From NCBI RefSeq assembly GCF_006345805.1, contig NC_043002.1:116808001-116872000 (forward strand): 64,000 nucleotides of DNA, read 5' to 3'. This DNA is from Octopus sinensis (lineage: Eukaryota). Made by a program: the position numbers and the translations under genes. Positions 1 to 11,346 of this stretch are shown here, in pieces (within the stretch, counting starts at the first letter, position 1; each line of letters starts with the position of its first letter). The notes beneath the pieces were generated by a model, which had not been told where the DNA came from, ran no database searches, and saw nothing but the letters and a program-made list of their open reading frames with translations.

Positions 1-1141
1 ATTTGGGAATAAAAACATGACAGTGGAGACAGAAGAAAACCGAACGTTAGACCAGAACGAGAGGAAAATAGTGAACGCTGAGAGAGACATTTTTTAAGAG
101 AAAAGATAGAAGACAGAGATAGAAACGCATCCACTCTTTTGAACGTCCGTGCAGGAAAAGAAAGACGGTCACGTGAGGAAAAGAAAGATGAATTATGGTT
201 ACGTGTGAGCAACGAGAGATCGTTGCTCACACGTACGGCGTACAAAAGTTTCAAATCGCCTAAACAAACACATTGAAAGCAGTGAAAAGTCCCGCCTGAA
301 AATAAAACTGTTAGAAATTGAAAATTGTCTGCAACTCTCCCATGAAAAAGAAAGAGCAGACAAAGAAGCCTGGGCTATAGACAACATAAAATCTAACCCC
401 AGAGCTTTCTACAGGTATGCCAAAGAAACAGCTACGGTGCACTGTAGGATAGGGCCACTCCTAGAAAAGGATGGCACACTCACAGGAAATCCAATGATAG
501 TAAGTGAAATACTAAATGAGCAATTCAAGAGTATTTTCACTCCACCCCTTGGGCATTTTCAAGTCAGCAATCCAACTGACTTCTTTACCACTGCAGATAT
601 AAAATCAGAGGCAGCGATGATTGATTACATCAATATAAAGGAAGACGATGTAATAAAGGCTATAGATGAAATGAAAACAAACCAGCTACTGGCCCCGATG
701 GATTCCCAGCAATACTTCTAAATGTATGTAAGAGAGTCCTAGCAAGACAACTGCTGTTCCTCTTTCAGAGCTTCCTTGCAGCTGGCAAACTTCCAAGAAA
801 ACTGAAGGAAGGTAAAATATGCCCTATTCATAAAGGAGGTAGCAGAGCGGAGGCCAAGAACTACAGACCTATCTCTCTCACCTCACACATCAGCAAGGTC
901 ATGGAACGAATAGTCAGAAGGAAACTAATCACCTACCTTGAAGAAAATGACTTGCTGCCTGACACCCAACATGGTTTCCGACCGGGAAGAAGCTGCTTAA
1001 CTCAGCTCCTACAACACTATGACTGCGTGCTGAAACGACTGCTCAACCACTCAAATGTGGAAGTGATATATCTCGACTTTGCAAAGGCCTTTGATAAAGT
1101 CGATCATGGAATGATATGTCACAAACTGCGTGATCTTGGCA
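1..1141 (+). mobile_element. CR1/L2-type LINE ORF2 fragment (linker plus N-terminal half of reverse transcriptase), frameshifted and 3'-truncated
   Basis: Translation gives ATGPDGFP...KICPIHKGGSRAEAKNYRPISLTSHISKVMERIV...QHGFRPGRSCLTQLL...VIYLDFAKAFDKVDH; frameshift near 690; ends abruptly at mariner sequence. Confidence 0.9.
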
Positions 1142-1814
1142 AAGTGGTAGTCGGTAGGAGAAAGGTCTGGAGAATAAGCTGGGTGGGGAAGAACTTCGTA
1201 GCCAAGTTCCCTCAACTTCTGGAGTGTCATTAGATCAGATTTAGGGAAGCTTTTCAGTGCATCATTTTGGTCCAACCACTGCGAAGAACGTTTTTCATTA
1301 TTGTACAGAACCCAATTTTCATTGTGAGTTACAATAAAGTCGAGAAATGGATTGGTCGGGTTACGGAGAAGAGACGAGCAAGCTTCATATTTGCACATTT
1401 CCTGATTTATATTCAAATCGTGTCTAGCTTTTCTGATTTTCCAATCGCATGTAAATGGCTTCAGGCAGTTTTCTGGATAACCTGAAGTTCTTTTGCTAGT
1501 TCTCGAGTGGTATTATGTGAATCTTTCTCAATGACGGTCTTTTTATTGACCGCCATCGATGACAGATGGGCGTCCACTATTCTCATGATCTTGAAGGTTC
1601 AGGTCAGCTGCTTTACGTCCTTTCTTAAAGTTGAATAGCAAAATTGCTCGAATAATATGCTTTGACAGTTCCATTTTAGATGATTTTAACAACGGTGAAA
1701 AAATATCAATGTTAATTTATTGATGCATCTGGGCAAATCTATGTCAAAACTCTGCAAAAATCCGGTACAAATTCTTCATGTCTCAAAACGTTGCTTACTT
1801 TTTACTCAACCTGA
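1142..1814 (-). mobile_element. Mariner transposon, internally deleted, 3' end lost
   Basis: Minus-strand ORF has FLDFIVTHNENWVLYNN and EVLPHPAYSPDLSPTDYH; 5' TIR-like TA|TCAGGTTGAGTAAAAAG ends at 1814. Confidence 0.85.
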
Positions 1815-1888
1815 TATATTCTGAATAGAAATATATTCTGATCATAAGTATATGAGATAACACACAAACCACTCGAGCATTTGTTATA

Positions 1889-2290
1889 TTAGGTTGAGGA
1901 AAACGTTCGTGCCCCGTGTTAAAATAATACTTTATATATATATTTTTGGGGTGTGTGTGTGTTCATTCAGTTCATGCTATGTTCAGTGGTGACTGTTCGT
2001 CGAAAACGCGCTTTGTTTCAACATGACAGTGCAAAGTCGCATACCACCGAAAAGACCAGCAACAATATTGAAGAATCGGACGGTGTGGAAGCTCTGCTGC
2101 ATCCAGCCTATAGTCGACACGTTATTCCATTTGACTACGGTCTCTTCCGATCAATACTCACTTTCTGAAAGACCGCCGATTCGATGATGTTGAAGAAGCT
2201 TGTCAAGAATTTTTCGATTCAAAGCCGAAGGATTGGTACTTTGACCAAATCCGAAAGCTTGCAGATTGTTGGCAGAAGGTCGTGGAAAAT
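1889..2290 (+). mobile_element. Mariner transposon remnant (5' TIR plus C-terminal transposase)
   Basis: TA|TTAGGTTGAGGAAAA start; LFQHDSAKSHT...LLHPAYS...FDYGLFRS...FFDSKPKDWYFDQIRKLADCWQKVVENDG across frames. Confidence 0.8.
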
Positions 2291-2400
2291 GATGGTCTTC
2301 CAGCCGTCACCCACTTGAGCCAAGGCAGCACTACTTCCTCCAGGCACTTGATTATTGATAGTATACAAGAATAAAACTTGAAGCGAATTAAGTTCAAGTC
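2291..2400 (-). mobile_element. maT/DD37D-like Tc1-mariner fragment
   Basis: Minus-strand IKCLEEVVLPWLKWVTAGRP resembles the segment just before the second catalytic Asp. Confidence 0.55.
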
Positions 2401-3149
2401 TATGCATTTGAAAGCAATAATTGTCATAAATTAGTTTTATTTGTATCTTCGCAGGCAAATATAGTAGCAATTGTCTTCTGCAAAACTCTATAGTCAGACA
2501 CAACAGGAATGAATTCAGTACCGACATCCCAAGCTGTATATCATAAAAGATCTTCTGTGATTCTATATTGATTGCATACTACTGTAAAATATTATTCTTG
2601 TAACATGTTCAAATAGCACATGAATGTTTTTATATCAGATATTTCTATATCTGAGACACCTCTCTCACCGGATCAAAGTAAAGCAAAAATCGTTGACAAA
2701 CGACCTTTTTATTCTGAATTGTAACACTATAAATATTTCTCCTCTTTATCTTCCACAGTACAACTCTGAACAGAAAACATGCTATATTCGTACTGTCACT
2801 AGAGACTTGAAGTTACATCCTTCATTCTCTTTCGCGATACTTATCAGTAATTTTAATAGGAACAAATATTGATGCTCGGAAGATCTTTTCAATACTCAAC
2901 GGTATATAACAGCCGTATTTTATATCCTGATAATAGGATATAATTTGGATAATATATGTTATTAAAAGCAATATGCCAGGTCGTGTACGCAGAGTATTCT
3001 AATTGGAATACCAAGGAGCAGGAAAGGGTTACTAGACAGTCGATAATTCTATTTTATTAGCTCTAGATATGCACCGCTATTGATTTTAGCCTCCTTTTTT
3101 TTTTCGCATGGTTAGGATGTTATAGAAAGAATCAATGATGGCCGAATAT

Positions 3150-3307
3150 ATAAATGTGTGTGTATATGTGTGTATGTTGGTATGTATGTGTGTGTTTGTG
3201 TGGGTATGTGAGTGTGTATGTGAGTGTGTGTGTGAGTGTGTGTGTGTTTGTATATGCGTACATACCCCATATATATTTATATGCACGTATGCTTATGTAT
3301 GCGCATA

Positions 3308-3382
<75 letters not shown>
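3150..3382. repeat. (TG)n/(TA)n microsatellite
   Basis: Direct reading. Confidence 0.95.
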
Positions 3383-3384
<2 letters not shown>

Positions 3385-3385
<1 letters not shown>

Positions 3386-3760
3386 AAGAAAAGCTAACGA
3401 ATATAGCGCTGATGACGGAATTCAAACTCCCCTGTTTGTGATCCAGAAACACCGTGTTCGCTATTAACGGTAAGTGACTGAATTCGTATATTTGCCACTC
3501 CGGTTTTGTGTATGTGAGCCGCAAGGGCCTTTGTTTTTGGAATCTCCACTTATAGAAATGGAAAAACGGTCTTTGACTGCCATTTCTAATTCCTTCGGTA
3601 TGAGGCGAAACAGCTTGCTGCTAGCCAACTTATTTTTCTTTACTATATACTGAACCTTACAAAGGTCTTGACAATTATTTTGTCGTATTTACATACCGAA
3701 ATTTACCGGTAAATAATTGTTGGTTACATGAAAAACCACAGGAAAATTATTTACCATTTT
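3385..3760 (+). mobile_element. Penelope-like pLTR fragment
   Basis: Carries a hammerhead motif and lies between (TA)n tracts; no protein homology seen. Confidence 0.5.
3403..3464 (+). ncRNA. Type I hammerhead ribozyme motif (variant, GUU triplet)
   Basis: atagcg-CTGATGA-c[gga..caaac/gtttg..tcc]a-GAAA-caccgtGTT-cgctat; 6-bp stem I. Confidence 0.65.
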
Positions 3761-3761
3761 T

Positions 3762-3799
<38 letters not shown>

Positions 3800-3803
<4 letters not shown>

Positions 3804-4625
3804 GCGATGGGTAAATTGTCACCTTTTCATATTTTTAATTTAGTGCATGCACATTGTTTGTATTTGATTTTGTCACTACACAGTATTGTAGGGTCATTTG
3901 GGCACCATCTGTGATAAAAACACCATCATGACGCAATTCGTTTTGCCAGAAATTTAGAAACGACATAATGTACTGCTTGGCATTCGCGCCAGAAACTCCA
4001 ATATGAACATTTCAGAGTGTTTGGGTGTCAAACTGTGGGTAGTGCAGGGTTTTGGAAAGAGTTGGATCAGTCTAATGGTGATTACGAAGGTACGGCAGCT
4101 CGGAAACAAACAACAGAATTTGTTGGTGAGATCCAGGCCATGATTGACAACGTTCCCTCGTCTGTCAGGTCCATAGCGAGACATGGGAATGTCTGAGTAT
4201 CTTATCAGGCAGGTAGTGCCTGAAGACATTCGGTATTCCTCATGCAAGAGGAGAAAGGGCCAATCTTTATCCCAAGCTATCAAGGACAAGAGGCTTTTGA
4301 ACAAACCCAAGTATTCCCTCCAACCGAACATGCTTTGGTATTCCTCAGACGAGAAATTTCTGCCAGGATCAGATGGTGAACACACAGAACAACCATTGGC
4401 TTACCGTGTTCCCAAAACATGTACTGAAATTTATAAAAATAAAAACATCCAATCAATATCATGGTGACTTGAGTGATCACTAGTGATGGCGACGTTGCGT
4501 CTCCATTCATCTTCCCACACGGTTTAAAGCCTACGTAATGACAATAGTCGACGAGAATACATTTAGCTCTTCGCTCCGACATTCGAAACTCCAAGTATTA
4601 TAATGACAACTTACTGTTTTTCTAA
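3800..4625 (+). mobile_element. maT/DD37D-like Tc1-mariner transposon, decayed
   Basis: TIR-like GGGTGCGATGGGTAAATTGTCACC after TA; transposase remnants EFVGEIQAMIDN..SVRSIARDMG, WYSSDEK, ITSDGDVASPFIFPHGLK; degenerate right TIR near 4603-4615. Confidence 0.75.
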
Positions 4626-4694
4626 ATTATAACATATATATGTGTGTGTGTGTGTATGTGTGTGTGTGTGTGTGCATGTATATGTATATAAATT

Positions 4695-5215
4695 TAAAAT
4701 GAGGGTGAGAAATTAGATATTAATTTAATGAACATCGATTTCACACCAGTGGTCTAGCATATAAAAAACTGAAGGTTCAGTAAAATTGTAGTATATGCAT
4801 ATTAGAGGGAAACCACTATGTGGACAACCTCATGCTAGAAATAGATCCGCTATGGTCTTCCCAGGAAGAAATGTTCTCAAGAAAAATTTAGCCAACCAAC
4901 CAAAACGTAATCGAGCAAGACAAAAGAAAAAGCAATAAAAATATGGATTATTCACACACATGTTTCACTATTAACATATTACGTAATTTTACTTACATAA
5001 ATGTCTGTAGATCATCGATGTGACCGTCCAAATGAATATAATTTGCAGGACTGCATACTAGGACGTCCGCACAAAGTCATATTTGTAAACAGTTCTACCC
5101 GTTACACTCGTGGTTACTATTTCAAATGTCCTCGTTTTGGCGCGCTAGATTACCGGAAAAACTGCTGCTGCAGATAATATTTTGGTCAAACTCTGCATAA
5201 GGGGTAGACAACCAC
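4695..5215 (+). mobile_element. Unclassified (PLE-like) repeat in microsatellite
   Basis: Terminus GGGTGAGAAATTAGATATTAATTTAAT...CACCAGTGGTCTAG matches the reverse complement of 51515-51590. Confidence 0.4.
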
Positions 5216-5227
5216 CATATGTATATA

Positions 5228-5287
<60 letters not shown>

Positions 5288-5402
5288 GATATGTATATAT
5301 TCATATATATGTATATATATGAATATGTACATATATATATATATACCTATATATATACATATACATGCATGTATATGTATATATAGATATATACATATAT
5401 AC

Positions 5403-5498
<96 letters not shown>

Positions 5499-5560
5499 GG
5501 ATGTTTTGCGTCCGTGTCCCATTTTGTAGTTGATATATATATATATATATATATATATCA
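5215..5560. repeat. (TA)n microsatellite block
   Basis: Direct reading. Confidence 0.95.
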
Positions 5561-5760
5561 ACTACAAAATGGGACAAGAACGCAAAACATCCAGATAGAC
5601 GATACAAAAAAAAAGGACGGGTCATTCGAAGCTTTCTATCCTCAGCCTATAATATATATCTAACAAAAGGGCACAAGGACATAGAAGTACTGGAAGTTGG
5701 TTAATGGACACAAAGACCATTTAGGATATGATTGAACCTTATTTCTTGTTAGAAAATCTC
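5496..5760 (-). mobile_element. PLE-like terminus with 38-bp foldback and degenerate hammerhead
   Basis: Inverted arms 5496-5533 and 5558-5595; minus strand CTGAGGA-tagaaagcttc-GAA-tgaccc-GTC at about 5615-5646. Confidence 0.45.
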
Positions 5761-5935
5761 ACTGGAAAATAGGTAGTATTCCTTAGTCGTGGAAGGCTGA
5801 CATAACTGCACCGCCCTGCTGCATGTTGAGTGATCCAAGAACACGAAAAGGACGGCTAAAGGTAGATCCTAACATACAAACTGACTATGATCATAAATAT
5901 GGTCAACATCATATGATAGTTCAATCCTGTGCTTA

Positions 5936-6310
5936 TGTGGTAGCGCAATGGACCAGTGGTTAGGGCAGTGGACTCACGGTCATAGGATCGCGGTTTCGAT
6001 TCCCAAACCGTGCGTTGTGAGTGTTTATTGAGCGAAAATACATAGAGCTCCACGAGGCTCTGGCAGGGGTGGTGGTGGGGAACCCTGCTGTACTCTTTCA
6101 CCAAAACATTCTCTCACTCTTTTTTCCTGTTTCTGTTGTTCCTGTATTTCTAAAGGCCAGCCTTGTCACACGCTGAATCTTCCCAAGAACTGCGTTAAGG
6201 GTACACGTATCTGTTGAGTGCTCAGCCACTTGCACGGTAATTTCACGAACAGGCTGTTCCGTTGATCGGATCAACTGGAACCCTCGTCGTCGTATCCGAC
6301 AGAGTGCCAC
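5936..6310 (+). mobile_element. tRNA-derived SINE, family C
   Basis: A box (TGGACCAGTGG) and B box (GGTTTCGATTCCC); colinear with the copy at 14232. Confidence 0.9.
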
Positions 6311-8850
6311 TGTGCTTATGAATTAAACATGATGAGTAACTAGGAACAGAGAACTTAGTTCCATCAAAACAGAGCAAAACATAGGGGATTGTAAAATGAA
6401 TGTTACATTATATAAATAAAGATCCCACAACTGTACAAATATTTCAACACCTAAGTATTTTTATCAATGTTTAAGAAAAAGGTATGTAAAATATTTTCAA
6501 ATAAACAACATAAAATTACCTGCAGAAATTCTCTCATATTGAATTAAGCGGGAAGAATACGTTTAAAATCTGAAAGCAGGCGATGATAAAAATAAGAAAT
6601 ATCGAGAGACCACGAAAAAGAATTCATTTAGTTGATTTTACTAACGTGAATAATGGTCCATAACTAGAAAGAGCAACAGCAGTTTGAGAAGAATCAAATT
6701 CTCCGTTAACTAGTAAAACGTAATGCTCGAAAACTGCTAGCTGTTGAAGTTCTATATGGTATAATATCCAGAACTAATCTCAAATACAGTGTCAGAATTT
6801 GCTGGGTACTTCCTTCGTGAAAGGTCATTTGCAATAAGACCTACACAAGAACCTTATATACATAGAGTTCCAACAGATCCGCCAAACCTCTACTGCATTT
6901 TATGTAGAAAGGTATACTATTCTACTAAGAATGAAAATTTCATTTTAGCCGTGTATATAAGGATGAAGCCGCTGATGGAGAAACACTTGAGAGAATTCTG
7001 TGCTATATCAACACAAAAGAAATTATAAAGTCATGGTGAGGTAATCACACAAGGTTCCATCTCAAAACAGCTATCATAGAAATGGGATCATCCTGAGAAT
7101 GCGGCTTGAAGGATTTAATAGTCAAATCAAGCTTAGTACTTGTTTTCAATCTGGTTCTTACCGTATTAGTGCATTTCACTGAATCTCTTTCAGGGCCATT
7201 AAGAATCCAACCGTGAATATTTGTGAATTGTGAATGTATAAGACTATAAATAGGCGTAAAATAGTGCACACAACTGAAATAAAAGTATATCTAAATTACA
7301 CTTTTTTCTTAATACTTTTTATGCAGAGGTCGAAGGAAGGCTTTCGTTAGGAGTGGTCCAGATAGCCATTCATGATACAGAGGCTGGAGCCTAGTTCAGT
7401 TCGGGAGTGAATCGTCATCGCATGTCACTTAGTCGCAAACATATGTCGTATAGCTGCAATAGAATGCTGTATCAGCAACAATAATGTGATTTCCCTAAGA
7501 CATCACCCAGTAATCTATCAAGTCCATTTACATATTTCTCAAAACATATTACTGTTATGACTTCTCTCCTTCATTTTATGCCTCCATCGTAGATGGGTAG
7601 ATATGTTAGTATGAATAATAGGCTTTCACAAAGTCTTCATGCCTACCAACTTCACTCGACCGGCTCTATAGAAGAAGAGATTTGAATTAAAACCGAATCC
7701 ATGCATAAACCTCTGACTCCCTTCAATCTCACCGTCTCTTCTCAAAAAAAAAAAAAATCCTCCCTCTTCTAATTGTAACCACAATTTTCATAATCTAAAA
7801 TACACAGCTCATTTCTAGTTCATCGGATATGATCCCATATTAATTCCGCATTTGCTCTTTGCATACCAATATAACAACCCTCAACAAATCATTCCTTCCA
7901 CTTCACCGACTCTTTCGGCTGCGCCTCCAAAAGCTTTAAATAGTATTTTCTGAACAGATAGGCCGGATATTAGTCGGCTGATTGACAGAACATCTGGGGG
8001 CTATCCGAATCCCCAATGTCTTCTGCCCCATGCCATTTGTCTTCCATCGTCTGCCCCATGCTATTTATGATCCATGGATCATATTAACCGGAGCCTCTTT
8101 ATTTTTAGTTCTGATTTGAACACTAGAAACACCAGTTCTTGCCTCCGGAGAGGAGACCAAACTGTCTTCTTAGAATTTTTGCATTCCCTTCCACATTTTC
8201 TGTTAAGGAGCGCTTCATTCGAAATATCGCGTATATTCACACACACCATTACATCCGACAGTCATACAAACACATCGACTGTCCACATTTGAAGCAGTTA
8301 CCCGCATATTATATATGTACATTAATCTCATACGCAGACTTAGACACAAGACACGCACACACACATAGACACTAAAGACACACATATCACTTGAACAAAC
8401 ACATTACTCACGCATACACATACCAATAGAGAAACACGTTCGGCTATGCGCGAAACACAGTTCCACATATTCCAAATATACAAATATGAACATGAAATAC
8501 TTACACGCTTACCTGTCTACTTAAACACAAAGTACACACAAGCACACCCGCGCACACACTTTCGAAACGAATTCAACACTGCATATATGAACATATAATA
8601 CAACTGAATTAGACACACATTCAACATTTAAACACACGCAGGCACGCACATGCACACACACACACACTCACTCGCGCGCGCGCTCTTCAGAATACGCAAA
8701 CTTTTACACACAGACATACAGACACTCAAACACACATATACGCACACTCCGAAATAAACAAGCATACATACAGTAGTTTCTCTCACATACAGAGAAGTCA
8801 CGTACACGCATGCACATACACACGCACGTGCATATATCCTTCCAGCTTAC

Positions 8851-9030
8851 TCCTGTTTTTGTAACACTACGGTGAACACCATATTCTTCCATCACTTCTG
8901 TGTCATTTAAAAATGGCGCCTCCATAGCTCGCGCGAGCTTATATCCGGCTCTTTTTTCGGCTTTTGTTCCTCATCCTGCATTTCCCACAATCTGTCTCTT
9001 TTTTTTTGCATTTCTCCTTCCGATAAAGGA
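8851..9030 (-). CDS. Candidate host exon of unknown product (two alternative readings)
   Basis: Acceptor tttctgtctatttag| at 9031 opens PLSEGEMQKKRDRLWEMQDEEQKPKKEPDISSRELWRRHF* (9030-8907); alternatively ATG 8925 MEAPFLNDTEVMEEYGVHRSVTKTG|GTAAGC donor at 8850. No homology recognised. Confidence 0.3.
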
Positions 9031-9699
9031 CTAAATAGACAGAAACTTCACAAAAACACTTCTATCTCTCCCATTTCAAAATACAATTTTTATAGTGTTG
9101 TTCGTTGGTGTTATATTGATTTAAAGTTGCACATATATGCATTTATGTGTGTGCATGTGTGCGTGCTTGTATGCATGCGTGCATATATGCATATGTATGT
9201 CTAAGCATGCAGGCGCATATGAACCTGTGAAGAAGTATGTGCATATATATGCACACACACATACATATATATACAGATATATATATGTATATATATATGT
9301 GTATGTATATGTGTGTGTATATATATATACGCATATACATATACATATACATATACATACATCACCGATTAACAGGAAAAACTGCGAAATATCAATATCT
9401 GTAGTTCTCATGCCCCTCCGGAGCGGTTCGTTCCGCCTGACTTTGAAGTACAGTGTTTTTAACATTCTACGTCTTTGAAGGGCCTACCTAGACGAAGTAT
9501 CGCAGCCGAAAACCGTTTACCGACACACAGACATTAAGTTATGTAACACTGATAATTCAACGCTGCTTCTAGAATAAAATATGAATACATATATATATGT
9601 GTGTGTGTGTGTGTGTGTATGTGTTTGTGTGTGTGTGTGTTTGTGTGTGTACGTGCGTATGTGTGTGTATGTATGTATTAATATGTACTCAACTTACTA

Positions 9700-10830
9700 T
9701 TCGTTAACAAAAATGGTGCTGACTGTGACTTCGAAGTTTCGAACTCATTACCCTCCATCGGAATGCGGTATATTTGAGTTCATCTTGGCATTATATAGTG
9801 TCTGTCAAATTGATTTTCTTTGGGGTAAGAGCAGCCCTCTTAGATGGTGATTGGTTTGAAGAATGAGTTCTGATAGAAAGAGATTATAGAACATTTTATT
9901 CATAAAATTTTGCGTTGTGGTTCTTGTTCAGAGTTCAGTCAAGCATGTAAAACTGAGTAATCAGGTGTGTCTACTGAAGCATGTTACCTTCAGGTCTTGG
10001 GGTTGTATGTAGGTTAGTTGGTCCGTAGTCGTGTGACTAGGTTTGATTATTGCTAATGATATTATATGAATAGTAATAGAAGATTTAACCTCTTAGCTTC
10101 TGGAAATTGAAGTTGTTGGTCAGAGCTCAGTGTAACATGCAGGACATTGTAGTTAGGTATACTTTTTAGGTATGTCAGTCTTAAGTCGTTGAGTTTTTAT
10201 TATAGAAATTTGCATAAACTTGTTCTTTACGTTTGACAAACGGTCAGAAGTAGGTAGAAAGTTTATTTGGTTAGCATATTTCTAACTAGGAATTAATTTT
10301 CCACGGTGCAATTTGGCTACTAGTTAGAAAGGTTTTAAAGATTTTGTAATTGTAGATGAAATCAAATACATGAAGTATTTATAGAAACGTAGTCCTCGAA
10401 CTTTACTTCCTCGGAAAAAAAACAAAGTTTAAATTTCCAAAATAGTAATCACATGATATGAAGGAAAATTAACTCCTAGTTAGAAATACGCAAACCAACT
10501 GAAAATTCCACCTACTTACATCCTTTTGTAATATCTAAAATACAAGATAACCAAATTCCTATACTAAAACTCCACGACCTAAAGTTGACATTCTTAAATA
10601 GATACACTTATTTACCAAGTCTTTCATACTTGACTAAACACTGAACAATTACCTCTACCTTCCCAAAACAAAAGGTTAAATCATCGAAATAGTGATCACA
10701 TTAGGCCAATAAAATGCAAAGAAATCTGCTGATTAACTAACCTTTTCATCTACCTACCTTCTTTTCTAAACCCCCAAGACACCCTTAAAAACAAACCCAA
10801 ACCTGAAGCGCAGTAAGCCCATACATTGTG
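9700..10830. repeat. Degenerate repeat with large internal inverted duplication (possibly PLE-derived)
   Basis: Strand skew flips at about 10.4 kb; 10250-10302 matches the reverse complement of 10463-10515 at 45/53. Confidence 0.55.
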
Positions 10831-11261
10831 ACCCGTCTGTTGCATGGATCAATTCGTCCACTTACTGCGATTCGTTTTAATGGCTGCAGTTGATGTTCTT
10901 GCTGTGTGGCTTTATTTTTCAAAGCTGGTTTCCGTTTCCTATCCATCTGCTCTCATCAAAGTCCTTTCGTCGATCTGAGAGAGAGACAGAGACAGACGGT
11001 GTATGTCATCGTTGAAGTCGCGAATAACGACAAACGAACTTTGACAAACAGACAATTCGTTGATTGTTTAAACAGCACATTAAGCAAACGATTGTTTAGT
11101 TACTTGATTAGATATTTAACCGATTCACTAACAAATCAGAAGTTATATTGAACCAAAGCGTGAGTTTTTTGTTATTATCATTGGTATAATGAACTACTCA
11201 GGACACAAGAAGATATACACAGGCGCATTTGCAAATACAACCCCCACACACGCACACACAC

Positions 11262-11345
<84 letters not shown>

Positions 11346-11346
11346 A

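Noticed and set aside
5936-6010. tRNA genes at SINE heads (also 14232, 30560-30620, 60705)
   Set aside because: They have A and B boxes but continue into SINE bodies without a proper acceptor stem.
7162-7273. Minus-strand exon candidate (cttttatttcag| ... ACG|GTAAGA) as partner of the 8851-8925 exon
   Set aside because: The phase-0 join hits TAG after 9 codons and no homology is recognised.
9715-9770. Hammerhead-like GAAAC-TTCGAA-GTC on minus (and CTAGACGAAG..CGAAA at 9488, CTAGATGAG at about 13830, CTGATGA at 15025 and 51254)
   Set aside because: The CUGANGA or GAAA core, or stem I pairing, is missing; at most decayed remnants.
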